DNA from: a bacterium
Lineage (GTDB): Bacteria; UBA8248
Assembly: GCA_965199855.1 (NCBI GenBank)
Contig: OZ241326.1
Location: forward strand, 896,001-960,000
Direction of reading: 5' to 3'
Length of the DNA: 64,000 nt
The translations under genes and the position numbers were made by a program. Shown in pieces: positions 54,649 through 64,000 of this stretch (positions are counted from its first letter, which is position 1; every line of letters starts with the position of its first letter). The notes below the pieces were generated by a model. It had not been told where the DNA came from. It searched no databases and saw only the letters and a list, made by a program, of their open reading frames with translations.

Positions 54649-55644
54649 ATGGCGAATACAGCGGAGGCGCCGGCCAGACCCGCCGCCTCCTTCCTGTCCG
54701 CGTTCAACTACGAGAAATACGGCCTGCTGGCGGTGTTCATCCTGATGATGCTCGTCTTCTCCCTCCTCCAGCTGATGGGCTACGTGAACAACTTCATCGA
54801 GGCCCACAACCTGACGAACCAGCTCCGCAACGCCTCGCTGCTCTTCTTCATCGTCGCCGGCCAGAGCATGGTGCTCCTCGTGTCGGGCATCGACCTGAGC
54901 CAGGGCTCCCTGCTCAGCCTCTCCAGCGTGGTGATGGCCCAGGGCATCCTGGACTTCGGCCTCGCCGTGGGCGTGCTGATGGGCGTCGGCATGGCGGCGA
55001 TGTTCGGCTTCATCAACGGCTACCTCGTGGGCCGCGTGAGGATACAGCCCTTCATCGTCACCCTGAGCATGCTCTTCATCTGCGCGGGCATCGCCCTGGT
55101 GTTCACGGGGGGGCGCACTATCCACCAGTTCACGAGCGAGCAGAAGGACATCCTCCAGGCCATCGGGCTCACGGACTTCTTCCACGTCCCCGGCACGCTG
55201 TTCATCGCCGTCGTCTTCTTCGTCGGCCTCCACCTGCTGACGAAGCGCACGGCGCTGGGCCGCGCCATCTACCTCACCGGCGGCAACGAGGAGGCCGCGC
55301 GGCTCTCGGGCATCGACACCGGCAAGGTGAAGCTCATCTGCTACCTGATCAGCGGCGTCTGCGTGGGCATCACCTCGTTCCTCTATCTGGCGCGGCTGCC
55401 CGCCACGAACGGCCTGGCGGGCTTCCAGCTCGAGTTCCAGTCGCTGGCGGCCACCGTCGTGGGCGGCACGACCTTCCACGGCGGCGAGGGCGGGGTGGCG
55501 CAGGCGGCGATCGGGACGCTGTTCCTCACGTTCCTGCTCAACGGCCTGATTCTCCTGGGGGTGGGCACCTTCGCCCGGGAGGTGGTGGTGGGCGTTCTGC
55601 TCATCGCGGCCGTCGTGCTGGGCTCCCGCAGGCGGCGGGAGTAG
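54649..55644 (+). CDS. sugar ABC transporter permease (RbsC-like)
   Basis: GIDLSQG, GGNEEAARLSGI, VVGGT. Confidence 0.92.
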   Translation: MANTAEAPARPAASFLSAFNYEKYGLLAVFILMMLVFSLLQLMGYVNNFIEAHNLTNQLRNASLLFFIVAGQSMVLLVSGIDLSQGSLLSLSSVVMAQGILDFGLAVGVLMGVGMAAMFGFINGYLVGRVRIQPFIVTLSMLFICAGIALVFTGGRTIHQFTSEQKDILQAIGLTDFFHVPGTLFIAVVFFVGLHLLTKRTALGRAIYLTGGNEEAARLSGIDTGKVKLICYLISGVCVGITSFLYLARLPATNGLAGFQLEFQSLAATVVGGTTFHGGEGGVAQAAIGTLFLTFLLNGLILLGVGTFAREVVVGVLLIAAVVLGSRRRRE

Positions 55645-55734
55645 GCGGCGCGGCATAGCGAGGCGGTCATTTCCCCTTTCGCGGAGGAGAGCTGCTCCGT
55701 CCGTGAAAACCATTCTGCGAGAAGGAGACCCAAG

Positions 55735-56793
55735 ATGAGGAAACTGCTCCGCTCTTTCGTGATTCTCGCCTCCGCCGCGGCGTTCGCGCTCGCGTCGGCG
55801 GCGGCCGTCCCCGACGCCGGGGCGCGGCTCAAGGCGAAGAAGAAATACAAGATCGCCGTCGTCGTGCCGAACGGCGTCGATCCCTACTTCTTCTCGAAGT
55901 GGTACGGCAGCGTCCTGGCGGCCAAGGAGGCCGGCGTGACCGTGACCATGTTCGACGCGGGCGGCTACGAGTTCCTGCCCAAGCAGGTGGCGCACGTGGA
56001 GGACATCATCGCCGCGAAGTATGACGGGATGATCATCTGCCCCATCAGCACCAAGGGCATGGTGGACGCCGTGCACAAGGCGATGGACAACGGCATCAAG
56101 GTCGTCGTGGACAACATCGACCTGGACAGCCCGCGCGTCAGGAACCGCGTCATGAAGAACAGCTACGAGCTGGGCCTTCTCATCGGCGCCACGCTGGCGC
56201 ACGGCATCAACTACGAGGGCAAGGTGATGATGCTGCCCGGCCCCAGCGGCATCGAGATGGTGACCTCCATGGCGAAGGGCTTCGAGGAATACATGAGCCA
56301 CTACCCGAAAATCAGGATCGTGGCCAAGGAGTTCACCAAGTCGAACGTGCAGGCCGCCTACCAGACGGCGGAGGACCTGCTCAAGAAGCACCCGGACGTG
56401 AAGGGCATCTACCCCTGGGCCACGCTCATCGCGCGCGGCACGGTGGACGCCGTGAAGGCGGCGGGCTACAAGCCCGGCCAGATCAAGATCGTGACGCACA
56501 ACCTCGTCGTCGGCATCGAGAAGGACATCCGCGACGGCTGGGTGCACGCGGCCGTGCTGGCCGAGCAGATCGCCATGGCGAAGGAGGCCGTCTACAACGT
56601 GATCGACCTGATCGAGGGGCGCCAGCCGCCCGGCGCCCCCCACCGCGGCGGGACGCTCAGCTACATCCAGAACTTCATGGCCTATCAGCACAACCTCGAC
56701 ATCCTGGATCGCAGCGGCATCGAGGCGCCCAAGGAGTGGATGATCAAGCGCCAGAAGCGCGCGGCGAACATCGTGGGCGGCAAGCGCCGCTAG
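55735..56793 (+). CDS. sugar ABC transporter substrate-binding protein
   Basis: signal peptide, type I periplasmic binding fold (DPYF, DGMIICP, HPDVKGIY). Confidence 0.88.
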   Translation: MRKLLRSFVILASAAAFALASAAAVPDAGARLKAKKKYKIAVVVPNGVDPYFFSKWYGSVLAAKEAGVTVTMFDAGGYEFLPKQVAHVEDIIAAKYDGMIICPISTKGMVDAVHKAMDNGIKVVVDNIDLDSPRVRNRVMKNSYELGLLIGATLAHGINYEGKVMMLPGPSGIEMVTSMAKGFEEYMSHYPKIRIVAKEFTKSNVQAAYQTAEDLLKKHPDVKGIYPWATLIARGTVDAVKAAGYKPGQIKIVTHNLVVGIEKDIRDGWVHAAVLAEQIAMAKEAVYNVIDLIEGRQPPGAPHRGGTLSYIQNFMAYQHNLDILDRSGIEAPKEWMIKRQKRAANIVGGKRR

Positions 56794-56815
56794 GCTCCGC
56801 CCTTTCCGCAAGACC

Positions 56816-56857
56816 GGAAAACCCCGCCGGGGGGCCGCCCCCGGCGGGGTTTTTTCC
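56816..56857. terminator. bidirectional intrinsic terminator
   Basis: GGAAAACCCCGCCGGGGG...CCCCCGGCGGGGTTTTTTCC between convergent genes. Confidence 0.8.
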
Positions 56858-56877
56858 TGAAATCGCGCGGGCTTCGC

Positions 56878-57957
56878 CTACGGGCCCCACGCGTGGACGC
56901 TGAGTCCCATGTATCCGGTCGCTCCGCCGGGCTTGGGATCGGATATGCGCTTCGTCTGAACCGCCCCGCTCCCGTCCACCGCCCGCGCCGCCGCCGGATA
57001 GAAGCCGCTTTCCCCGAAGCGCATGGGAAACGCCCAGACGCTCCAGGCGAGGGGCCCGAGCGGCTCCTTGAGCAGGGCGGACGACCAGGGGCGCAGAAGC
57101 CTCCCCTGGCCGTAGGTCACCTCCACCCTGCGGATTCCGCGCTCCCCGGCGAAGGCCGAGCCCACGAGCCAGACTTCGGGGGCGCGAACCTCTACGCGCC
57201 TTCTGGGCGCCTCGAAGCGGCTCAGCGTCTCGACGATCGCCTCGTTCGACCAGCCGCGCTTCTGCCAGTAGCCGCCGTGTCCTTCGGCGGCGACTTCGAT
57301 GGATTCGATCCACTTCACGTTTTTGAGGCCATAGACCCCCGGAACCAGGAGCCGGAGCGGCGCGCCGTGCTCCCGCGGCAGATATTCTCCGTTCATTTTC
57401 GCGCAAAGGAGCGTTCTCGAATCGAGCGCCTGCTCGAAGGATATCGAATCGTGGTAGCCGTCCGCCGCGCGAAAGACGACCCGGGCGGAGACCGAGCGGC
57501 GAAGGCTCTCCGCCGCCCCCGCGCGCTCGATGAGCCCGCGAAGCGGCGTCCCCCGCCAGAGGACGTTTCCTATCTGCCCGCCGCCCACGGGGTTTCCGAT
57601 GCAGGTCATCGCCGCCCAGGCCTCCGCCCGCGGCAGCGCGTCCAGGTCGGAGAAGGAGAGCGAAAGGGGGGCGCGAACCTCGCCCCCCACCCTCAGCCGC
57701 CATTTCCGGGGGGACGCCGCCGGCGGCGCGCCGCCGATGCTCTGCTCGTAGAAGTCCTCGTTCGCCGTAACCTCGGGCAGGACGCGCGCGGCGAACTCCA
57801 GGATTCCCTCGCCGGGCCGCGGCGTCGCCACGGGGCGGCTGTTCAGCCAGTCGAACAGGCGGCCCGCCATCGAGGCCCGCGCGCCGCGCGCCGCGCCGAT
57901 GAGCGCCAGAGGCGCGAGCCCCGCCGCCCGCAATGCCCGGCGTCTCGAAACGCTCAC
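56878..57957 (-). CDS. sulfite oxidase-family molybdopterin oxidoreductase, Tat-like N-terminus
   Basis: MTCIGN Mo-ligand Cys, HGAPLRLLVPGVYGLKNVKW, GYWQKRGW; SRRRAL. Confidence 0.88.
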   Translation of the reverse strand: MSVSRRRALRAAGLAPLALIGAARGARASMAGRLFDWLNSRPVATPRPGEGILEFAARVLPEVTANEDFYEQSIGGAPPAASPRKWRLRVGGEVRAPLSLSFSDLDALPRAEAWAAMTCIGNPVGGGQIGNVLWRGTPLRGLIERAGAAESLRRSVSARVVFRAADGYHDSISFEQALDSRTLLCAKMNGEYLPREHGAPLRLLVPGVYGLKNVKWIESIEVAAEGHGGYWQKRGWSNEAIVETLSRFEAPRRRVEVRAPEVWLVGSAFAGERGIRRVEVTYGQGRLLRPWSSALLKEPLGPLAWSVWAFPMRFGESGFYPAAARAVDGSGAVQTKRISDPKPGGATGYMGLSVHAWGP

Positions 57958-58284
57958 GGCTCTCCCTCCGCATGATGGGCGAACGCCCCGCATTCTACGC
58001 GACGGCGGCGACATGTCGAACCCCCGCCATTCCCGGCGTCAACCCCGACAGGGCGGAGGGATTGCGGAATCCGGGGCGCGCCGTTCCAAAACGGACGGTT
58101 CCCGAATTGCGGGGCGGGCCCGAGGAGGGGCCGCCCCTACGAAACCGTACCCTCGCCGCCCCCGCCACAGGTGGCCGCCCCTGCGAAGGCGAAACCGCAT
58201 GGGTCATCCTCTTTTTCGCTTTCGCGTCCGGCGCGGGGCGTGGTATGCTTCTCGCGCGTGAAAGCTTCGGAGAGGAGGCGGGCG

Positions 58285-58860
58285 ATGATCGGCTTCGACA
58301 CGCTCCGGGCGATGGAGTCGCTCCGGGATTCGGGCTTCGAGGAGTCCCAGGCGCGGGCGGTCGTGGATACCTTCAAGGACGCCGTCGCCGGCAGCGTCGC
58401 CACGAAAGCCGACCTCCAGGAGGTCAAAACCGAGCTCCAGGCCGAAATTCAGGAGGTGAGGACGGGCCTCCAGGCCGAGATGCAGGAGGTGAGGACGGGG
58501 CTCCAAGCCGAGATACAGGAAGTGAGGACGGGCCTCCAGGCCGAGATACAGGAGGTGAAGACGGGCCTCCAGGCCGAGATTCAGGAGGTGAGGGCCGAGA
58601 TACAGGAGGTGAAGACGGGTCTCCAGGCCGAGATACAGGAAGTGAGGGCCGAGATTCAGGAGGTGAAGACGGGTCTGGAAGCGTCCATCTCGAGTCTTCG
58701 GAGCGATGTGGAGGCGTCCATCGCGGGGCTTCGGGGCGAGGTGGAGACCTCCATCGCGCGGCTCGAGGCGCGGACGCAAAGGTTCATGTTCGGCATGGCG
58801 CTGGGGATCGTGGGGCTGAACGTCACCCTCACCTTCGGCCTCCTCAAGTTCTTCTTCTAG
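58285..58860 (+). CDS. DUF1640/CCDC90-like membrane-anchored coiled-coil protein, copy 1 (191 aa)
   Basis: FDT..LRDSGFEESQARA head, ATKADL neck, repeat stalk, C-terminal TM. Confidence 0.85.
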   Translation: MIGFDTLRAMESLRDSGFEESQARAVVDTFKDAVAGSVATKADLQEVKTELQAEIQEVRTGLQAEMQEVRTGLQAEIQEVRTGLQAEIQEVKTGLQAEIQEVRAEIQEVKTGLQAEIQEVRAEIQEVKTGLEASISSLRSDVEASIAGLRGEVETSIARLEARTQRFMFGMALGIVGLNVTLTFGLLKFFF

Positions 58861-59169
58861 CCGCCCCCGTCGGGCGGTTCCCAAATTGCGGGGCGGGCCC
58901 GAGGAGGGGCCGCCCCTACGAAACCGTCGCCGCCCTCGCCGTAGGGGTCGTTCGGGAACGACCCGCAATCAACGCCGCCAAAAGGCGCGGGACGCATATA
59001 TGCGTCCCCTACGGGTGAATCACGCCCTCCGCCCCCGTAGGGACAACCCCCGTGGTTGTCCTTCACCGGGTTATCATTCCGCCGGGGGCATCCTCTTTTT
59101 CGCTTTCGCGTCCGGCGCGGGGCGTGGTATGCTTTCCTCGCGTGAAAGCTTTCGGAGAGGAGGCGGGCG

Positions 59170-59733
59170 ATGATCGGCTTCGACACGCTCCGGGCGATGG
59201 AGTCGCTCCGGGATTCGGGCTTCGAGGAGTCCCAGGCGCGCGCGGTCGTGGATACCTTCAAGGACGCCGTCGCCGGCAGCGTCGCCACGAAAGCCGACCT
59301 CCAGGAGGTCAAGGGCGAGCTCCAGGCCGAGATACAGGAAGTGAGGACGGGCCTCCAGGCCGAGATACAGGAGGTGAGGACGGGGCTCCAGGCCGAGATG
59401 CGGGAGGTGAGGGCCGAGATACAGGGAGTCAAAACCGAGCTCCGGGCCGAGATTCAGGAGGTGAGGGCCGAGATACAGGGAGTCAAAACCGAGCTCCGGG
59501 CCGAGATTCAGGAGGTGAGGGCCGAGATGCAGGAGGTGAGGACGGGTCTGGAGGCGTCCATCTCGAGTCTTCGGAGCGAGGTGGAAGCGTCCATAGCGAA
59601 TCTTCGGGGCGAGGTGGAGACCTCCATCGCGCGGCTCGAGGCGCGGACGCAAAGGTTCATGTTCGGCATGGCGCTGGGGATCGTGGGGCTGAACGTCACC
59701 CTCACCTTCGGCCTCCTCAAGTTCTTCTTCTAG
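59170..59733 (+). CDS. DUF1640/CCDC90-like membrane-anchored coiled-coil protein, copy 2 (187 aa)
   Basis: same head and anchor as copy 1 with a different stalk; ~80 bp upstream region also duplicated. Confidence 0.85.
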   Translation: MIGFDTLRAMESLRDSGFEESQARAVVDTFKDAVAGSVATKADLQEVKGELQAEIQEVRTGLQAEIQEVRTGLQAEMREVRAEIQGVKTELRAEIQEVRAEIQGVKTELRAEIQEVRAEMQEVRTGLEASISSLRSEVEASIANLRGEVETSIARLEARTQRFMFGMALGIVGLNVTLTFGLLKFFF

Positions 59734-59902
59734 CTTCCCCAATATGGGCGGTTCACGAACCGCCCCTACGAAGATGAAACCCCAATACGGGCGGGACGCA
59801 TGAATGGAAACGCTCTCGCGTTTCACCTACGAAGGCGAAACCCCGTCGGGCGGCTGCGGGGCCGGCCCCCGCGCGGAAACATGAATCCCTCTCCCGCGGC
59901 GG

Positions 59903-59931
59903 TTGACCGCGGCGGCGGGTTTTGGTATGCA
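59903..59931 (+). promoter_or_regulatory. putative promoter of the autotransporter
   Basis: TTGACC-N17-TATGCA with extended TG. Confidence 0.35.
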
Positions 59932-60053
59932 AGGGGCGCGCGTTTCGGGCTTTCGGTTCCCCCTCCCCATCGGGGGGGGGGGGACTTCTCGCGTTACGCG
60001 GATATTTGAAGCGGAAACGACCGCTCCGACTTTCCTGACAAGGAGAAAAACTG

Positions 60054-63000
60054 ATGCGACAGGGCAAGACACAGACGTTCGGCGCCGCCGCGCGCGCCGC
60101 GCTTTTCGCCGCGACTCTGGCGGCGGCGCTCCTCCTCGCGCCGGGGACGGCGCAGGCGCGGGATGAATGCGGGGCGCTCGATTCGAATGGCGCGGCCACC
60201 TGCTCGAACGCGGCGTATACCAGCGGCATCCGCTACGACGTAAACAACGGCTGGGGCAACGGCATCGCCGGCGACATCACCCTCAGGGTCACGGGCGGGG
60301 CGGCGACGGCGATCACCTCCGCGACCGCCACCGGCTGGGGCAGCGGCATCGTCCTCCGGACCAACCGACACGCCAGCGAGACGCGCACCATCGACCTCAC
60401 GGTCGGCTCCGGCTCGAACAACGTGGATATCACGCAGAGCGCCGCCACCATCACCGGCGGATTCGACGACACCGGCGTCGTCCTCCATCACCAGGCCATC
60501 GGCGCTTCGCCGACGACGGCGACCCTGGGCGGCGGGGTCGATATCGGCACGTCGAGCGCCCCGATGCAGCGGAGCGGCATCCACGTGCTGGTGGAGAACG
60601 GCGGAAACACGGGCGACCACACCATCACGAGCGGGGCGACGATCCATTCCACGGCGTTCGGCATCATCATGGACAACCGGGGCGCGGGCGACACCGAGAT
60701 CACCAACTCGGGCTCCATCACGACCACCGAAACCGGCGGCAGCGCCAGCGACAAGTCCGGCATCCGCATCCTGGACTGGAGCCACAACCCCGCCGGCGGC
60801 AGCTACGGCGGCGACAGCAGGACCGCCGACACCACGGCCACGGTCACGAACTCGGGCTCCATCGCCGTGAGCGCGCAGTTCGCGCACGGCGTCCAGGTGG
60901 ACGCCATGGGCTTGGGGCTCTACAAGATCGTCAACAGCGGAAGCGGGACGAAGGGAATCACCGCGTCGGGCGCGGACGGACACGGCGTCATGGTGGCCGC
61001 CACCTGGCACACGGGCGCCGCCGGCTCCACGGCGGTCGAAATCGAGAACTCGGGCCGCATCACGGCGTCGGGCGCCAACGGGTTCGGCATCTACGTCGAG
61101 ACGGTTGGCGCGACGGGTCTCACGGCGACGCAGCACAAGGGCGACATCGAGATCACGAACAGCGGCTCCATCTCGTCGTCGGGGAACCACGCCGTCATCG
61201 TCAACGCGAACATGGGCGCCGTCTCCGTCACGCACTCCGGCGGCTCCATCGCCTCGTCGGCCTTCGACGGCATCCGCATCCACCAGGGCGGGACGGGCGC
61301 GGCGACGGTCGCCAGCGGCGCCGACGTCAAGGCGAAGCGCTGGGGCGTATTCGTCGACCAGCTGACGAGCGCGGGCGCCGCCTCCGTCACGCATTCGGCG
61401 GGCGCCATCGCCGCCGAGACCGAGAGCGGCGTCCACGCGCAGAACGCGGCCGGCAACGCGGCCAAGGTGGAGGTCATGGTGACGGGCGGCTCGGTGAAGT
61501 CGGACGGGCAGAGCAAGGCGGCCGTCTCGATTCTCCAGCGCGGGACGGGCGACGCCGTCGCCGGCGTCTCGGAGGGCGCGACGCTCACCTCGAAGCACAA
61601 CGCCGGCATCTACGCGGACCTCTCGAACGGGAGCAACGCGGCCGGCCAGATCAAGATCACCCAGGGCGGGACGATTTCGGGCCGCAAGGGCGTCTACGCC
61701 CGCGTGGGGCGCGTCAGCGCGCAGGGCGAGACGCGCGCGGCGGCGGATCAGCCCGCCATCGACATCGCCTGGACGGGCGCCTTCGCGCGCGGGACGGGAA
61801 CGGCGGAGAACGACGACGACCGCTTCCTCGCCCGGGACGTGGCGCACGCGGTCGCCGTCGCCCAGGAGGTGGAGGCCGAGAAGGCCATGCGCTACGGGCA
61901 GGCCGCGGGGGTCGAGGCGCAGGTCATGTCCTGGCGCGCCGTCATGACGGCCGTGGCGAAGGGGGACGACCCGGGCGAGATCACGGACGCGGCGGCGACC
62001 CTGGCGGGCGAGGGCGGGCCGGCCATCCGCGCCGCGTTCCGGGCGGTTCTGGCGAACGCGGACCTCGATGAGATTCCGGGGGCGGCCGCCATCAACACGG
62101 ACGGGACGGCGGGGCTGAGCAACGCGGAGATCGACGCGTATCTCACGGCGAACCCGGCCGTCCTCCGCAACGCCCTGGCGCAGGGCCTCTCCGACGCGGA
62201 GAAGGCGGTTCTGCGGGCGGCGACGACGAACACCGGGCTGGAGGCCGCCCTCGAGGGCGTGGCCGGCGCCGCGGACGCCTGGAAGGACGAGGTGCGGGCG
62301 CTCCTGGCGAGGTTCAACGCGGGCGACATCAGGATCGCCGTGAACGGGGGCTCCATCGACTCGCGCGGGGACGGCGTCCGCGCCTACTACGCGACGCCCC
62401 ACGCCGCCAACGGCGGGATTGACGTCACCGTCGCCGAGGGCGCGGAAGTCACGGGCGCGATGGCGGGCGTCTACGTCTCGGGCGCCGGACGCGGCGCGGG
62501 AGGCGTTCTCGACCAGAGCGTGACCGTGAACGGAACCGTGACGGGCGGGACGGACGCGGCCGTGCACCTGGTCGGCGGCGGCAGCCTGACCGTGGGCGAG
62601 AAGGGCCGGGTGCTCGCCGGCTCCTCGGGCCGGGCGGTTCTGGTGAACGAGCCGGGCCCGGCGGCGATCGTCATTCACGGAACGGTCCGCGGAGGCGCGG
62701 GCGCGGACGCGGCGGTGCATCTGACCGGCGGCGGTTCGGTGACGGTGGGCCGCTCCGGCTCGGTGGACGCGAACGGCGCGGACGCGGCGATTCGGGGCGA
62801 GGGCGCGGCGACGACCGTCACCATCCACATGGAGGGCCGGACGCGCGAGGACGTGGAAGCGGCCAGCGGGCGCGTGACCGGCGCCATCACGGGCTCGGGC
62901 GTCCGCGGCGTGACCTTCTCCGAGGTGGACGAGGACGGCGAGACGGGCTTCTCGCAGGGCGCGCCGGTGAAGGACGGCGCCATCGACCTCTCCGGGGTTC

Positions 63001-63959
63001 TGACCGGAGGCGGCGGCGCGCTGGCGATCCTGACGCTCGAGGGGTGCGCGGCGGGCTCCGACAAACGCTGCCGCATCTACGAGGCGCTGCCCTCCGCGCT
63101 CCTCATGATGAACCGGATGCCCTCCTTCGCCGAGCGCGCCTCCGCGCCCCGGGCCTCGAACGGCGCCTGGGGAAGCCTCGAGTTCGCGAGCGGCGAGTGG
63201 ACGGCCGACAAGGCGGCGACCGGCAAGGCGGCGACGGGCGATGAGCTCGCCTACGACTACAGCCGCTTCGGCGGGCGCGCCGGCTTCGACTTCATCGGCC
63301 GGAGCTCGCGGGTCGGCCTCTCCGTCCACGTGATGAAGGGAACGGCGGAGCTGGACGGCGAGGGCGAGATCGCCCTGAACGGCATGGGCTTCGGGGCGTC
63401 GCTCACCTGGACGGGCGGGGACTTCTACGTGGACGCCCAGCTCCAGGCGACCTGGCTCGACGCCGAGATCGACGCGGACATGAGCGGCAAGCTGGAGAAG
63501 GAAGCCACCGGCCACGGCTTCGGCCTGGGCGTCGAGGTCGGGACCCGCGCGGCGATCGCCGACGGCCTGTTCCTCACCCCGCGCGCGGCGCTGACCCTGA
63601 CGACGGCCGACCTGGGCGACTTCACGGACGACCGCGGCGCGGACCCCGCGCGCGTCTCCGTCGAGGACGCGCAGAGCTCGAAGGGGCGGCTGGGCGTCAT
63701 GGTGGACGCGCCGATGGCGGACGGCGGCGGCCTGTTCGCGACGCTCGACCTCGAGCAGGAGTTCTCGAACGAGACGAGCGTGGAGGTCTCGAACCTCAAG
63801 CTCAAGACCGAGACCCCGGCGACCGCCTTCCGCCTGGGCGTGGGCGGCGCCTTCTCGCTCGGCGAGGGCGTGGCCGTGAGGCTCTCGGGCCACTACGAGA
63901 CGAGCGGGAGCGGCGCGAGCGAGTTCGGCGGCGGCGCGAGCCTGAGCGTGAGCTTCTAG
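60054..63959 (+). CDS. type Va autotransporter (adhesin-like)
   Basis: signal peptide, G/T/S/N-rich beta-helix repeats (ITNSGSI), C-terminal beta-barrel ending SLSVSF. Confidence 0.88.
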   Translation: MRQGKTQTFGAAARAALFAATLAAALLLAPGTAQARDECGALDSNGAATCSNAAYTSGIRYDVNNGWGNGIAGDITLRVTGGAATAITSATATGWGSGIVLRTNRHASETRTIDLTVGSGSNNVDITQSAATITGGFDDTGVVLHHQAIGASPTTATLGGGVDIGTSSAPMQRSGIHVLVENGGNTGDHTITSGATIHSTAFGIIMDNRGAGDTEITNSGSITTTETGGSASDKSGIRILDWSHNPAGGSYGGDSRTADTTATVTNSGSIAVSAQFAHGVQVDAMGLGLYKIVNSGSGTKGITASGADGHGVMVAATWHTGAAGSTAVEIENSGRITASGANGFGIYVETVGATGLTATQHKGDIEITNSGSISSSGNHAVIVNANMGAVSVTHSGGSIASSAFDGIRIHQGGTGAATVASGADVKAKRWGVFVDQLTSAGAASVTHSAGAIAAETESGVHAQNAAGNAAKVEVMVTGGSVKSDGQSKAAVSILQRGTGDAVAGVSEGATLTSKHNAGIYADLSNGSNAAGQIKITQGGTISGRKGVYARVGRVSAQGETRAAADQPAIDIAWTGAFARGTGTAENDDDRFLARDVAHAVAVAQEVEAEKAMRYGQAAGVEAQVMSWRAVMTAVAKGDDPGEITDAAATLAGEGGPAIRAAFRAVLANADLDEIPGAAAINTDGTAGLSNAEIDAYLTANPAVLRNALAQGLSDAEKAVLRAATTNTGLEAALEGVAGAADAWKDEVRALLARFNAGDIRIAVNGGSIDSRGDGVRAYYATPHAANGGIDVTVAEGAEVTGAMAGVYVSGAGRGAGGVLDQSVTVNGTVTGGTDAAVHLVGGGSLTVGEKGRVLAGSSGRAVLVNEPGPAAIVIHGTVRGGAGADAAVHLTGGGSVTVGRSGSVDANGADAAIRGEGAATTVTIHMEGRTREDVEAASGRVTGAITGSGVRGVTFSEVDEDGETGFSQGAPVKDGAIDLSGVLTGGGGALAILTLEGCAAGSDKRCRIYEALPSALLMMNRMPSFAERASAPRASNGAWGSLEFASGEWTADKAATGKAATGDELAYDYSRFGGRAGFDFIGRSSRVGLSVHVMKGTAELDGEGEIALNGMGFGASLTWTGGDFYVDAQLQATWLDAEIDADMSGKLEKEATGHGFGLGVEVGTRAAIADGLFLTPRAALTLTTADLGDFTDDRGADPARVSVEDAQSSKGRLGVMVDAPMADGGGLFATLDLEQEFSNETSVEVSNLKLKTETPATAFRLGVGGAFSLGEGVAVRLSGHYETSGSGASEFGGGASLSVSF

Positions 63960-64000
63960 GCGCGCTGAGCCTGACGGATTCACGACCGGGCGCGGGGACG

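Larger units (their letters stand above)
58111..59831. repeat. dense cluster of CGTAG-tailed REP-like hairpins around the tandem duplication
   Basis: units at 58111, 58890, 58940, 58989, 59036, 59746 and 59797. Confidence 0.8.

Noticed and set aside
58410-58740. 33-bp periodic repeats as a possible CRISPR array
   Set aside because: In-frame coding repeats with no unique spacers and no cas genes.
58285-59733. Duplicated genes as a DGR template/variable pair
   Set aside because: No reverse transcriptase in the window, and the differences are module rearrangements rather than adenine-specific substitutions.

Overview
High-GC chromosomal segment of a diderm bacterium (Mla genes and an autotransporter, with rny/ymdB/zapA/6S synteny; the lineage cannot be fixed from sequence alone). 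About 1-34 kb is mostly core genome: M48 protease, ltaE, an MBL hydrolase, mlaEDC, an MFS transporter, alaS, a split methylmalonyl-CoA mutase, the zapB-zapA-6S RNA-5FCL-rny-ymdB block, thrS-infC-rpmI-rplT-pheST, tRNA-Val, tRNA-Leu-tig-clpP-clpX and mazG-like-folE2-metH. About 34-64 kb is accessory. It holds a parS palindrome, clusters of CGTAG-tailed REP hairpins, a lower-GC kinase-STAS-PIN three-gene module, a deiodinase-like selenoprotein (in-frame UGA plus SECIS hairpin), LLM monooxygenase/flavin reductase genes, a HigA-HEPN-XRE islet, TRAP/TAXI and sugar ABC transporters, tandem DUF1640-like coiled-coil genes and an autotransporter. The most unusual observations are: (i) an RbsA-type ABC ATPase with a ~150-aa multi-TM domain inserted in its second NBD, near a TAXI-TRAP permease with two large extra membrane insertions; (ii) the partner-switch-like kinase-STAS-PIN module; (iii) the Sec protein that the ORF track splits in two; (iv) a ~230-bp non-coding element present twice in inverted orientation, one copy next to parS. 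All calls were made by eye from motifs; no database searches were run.
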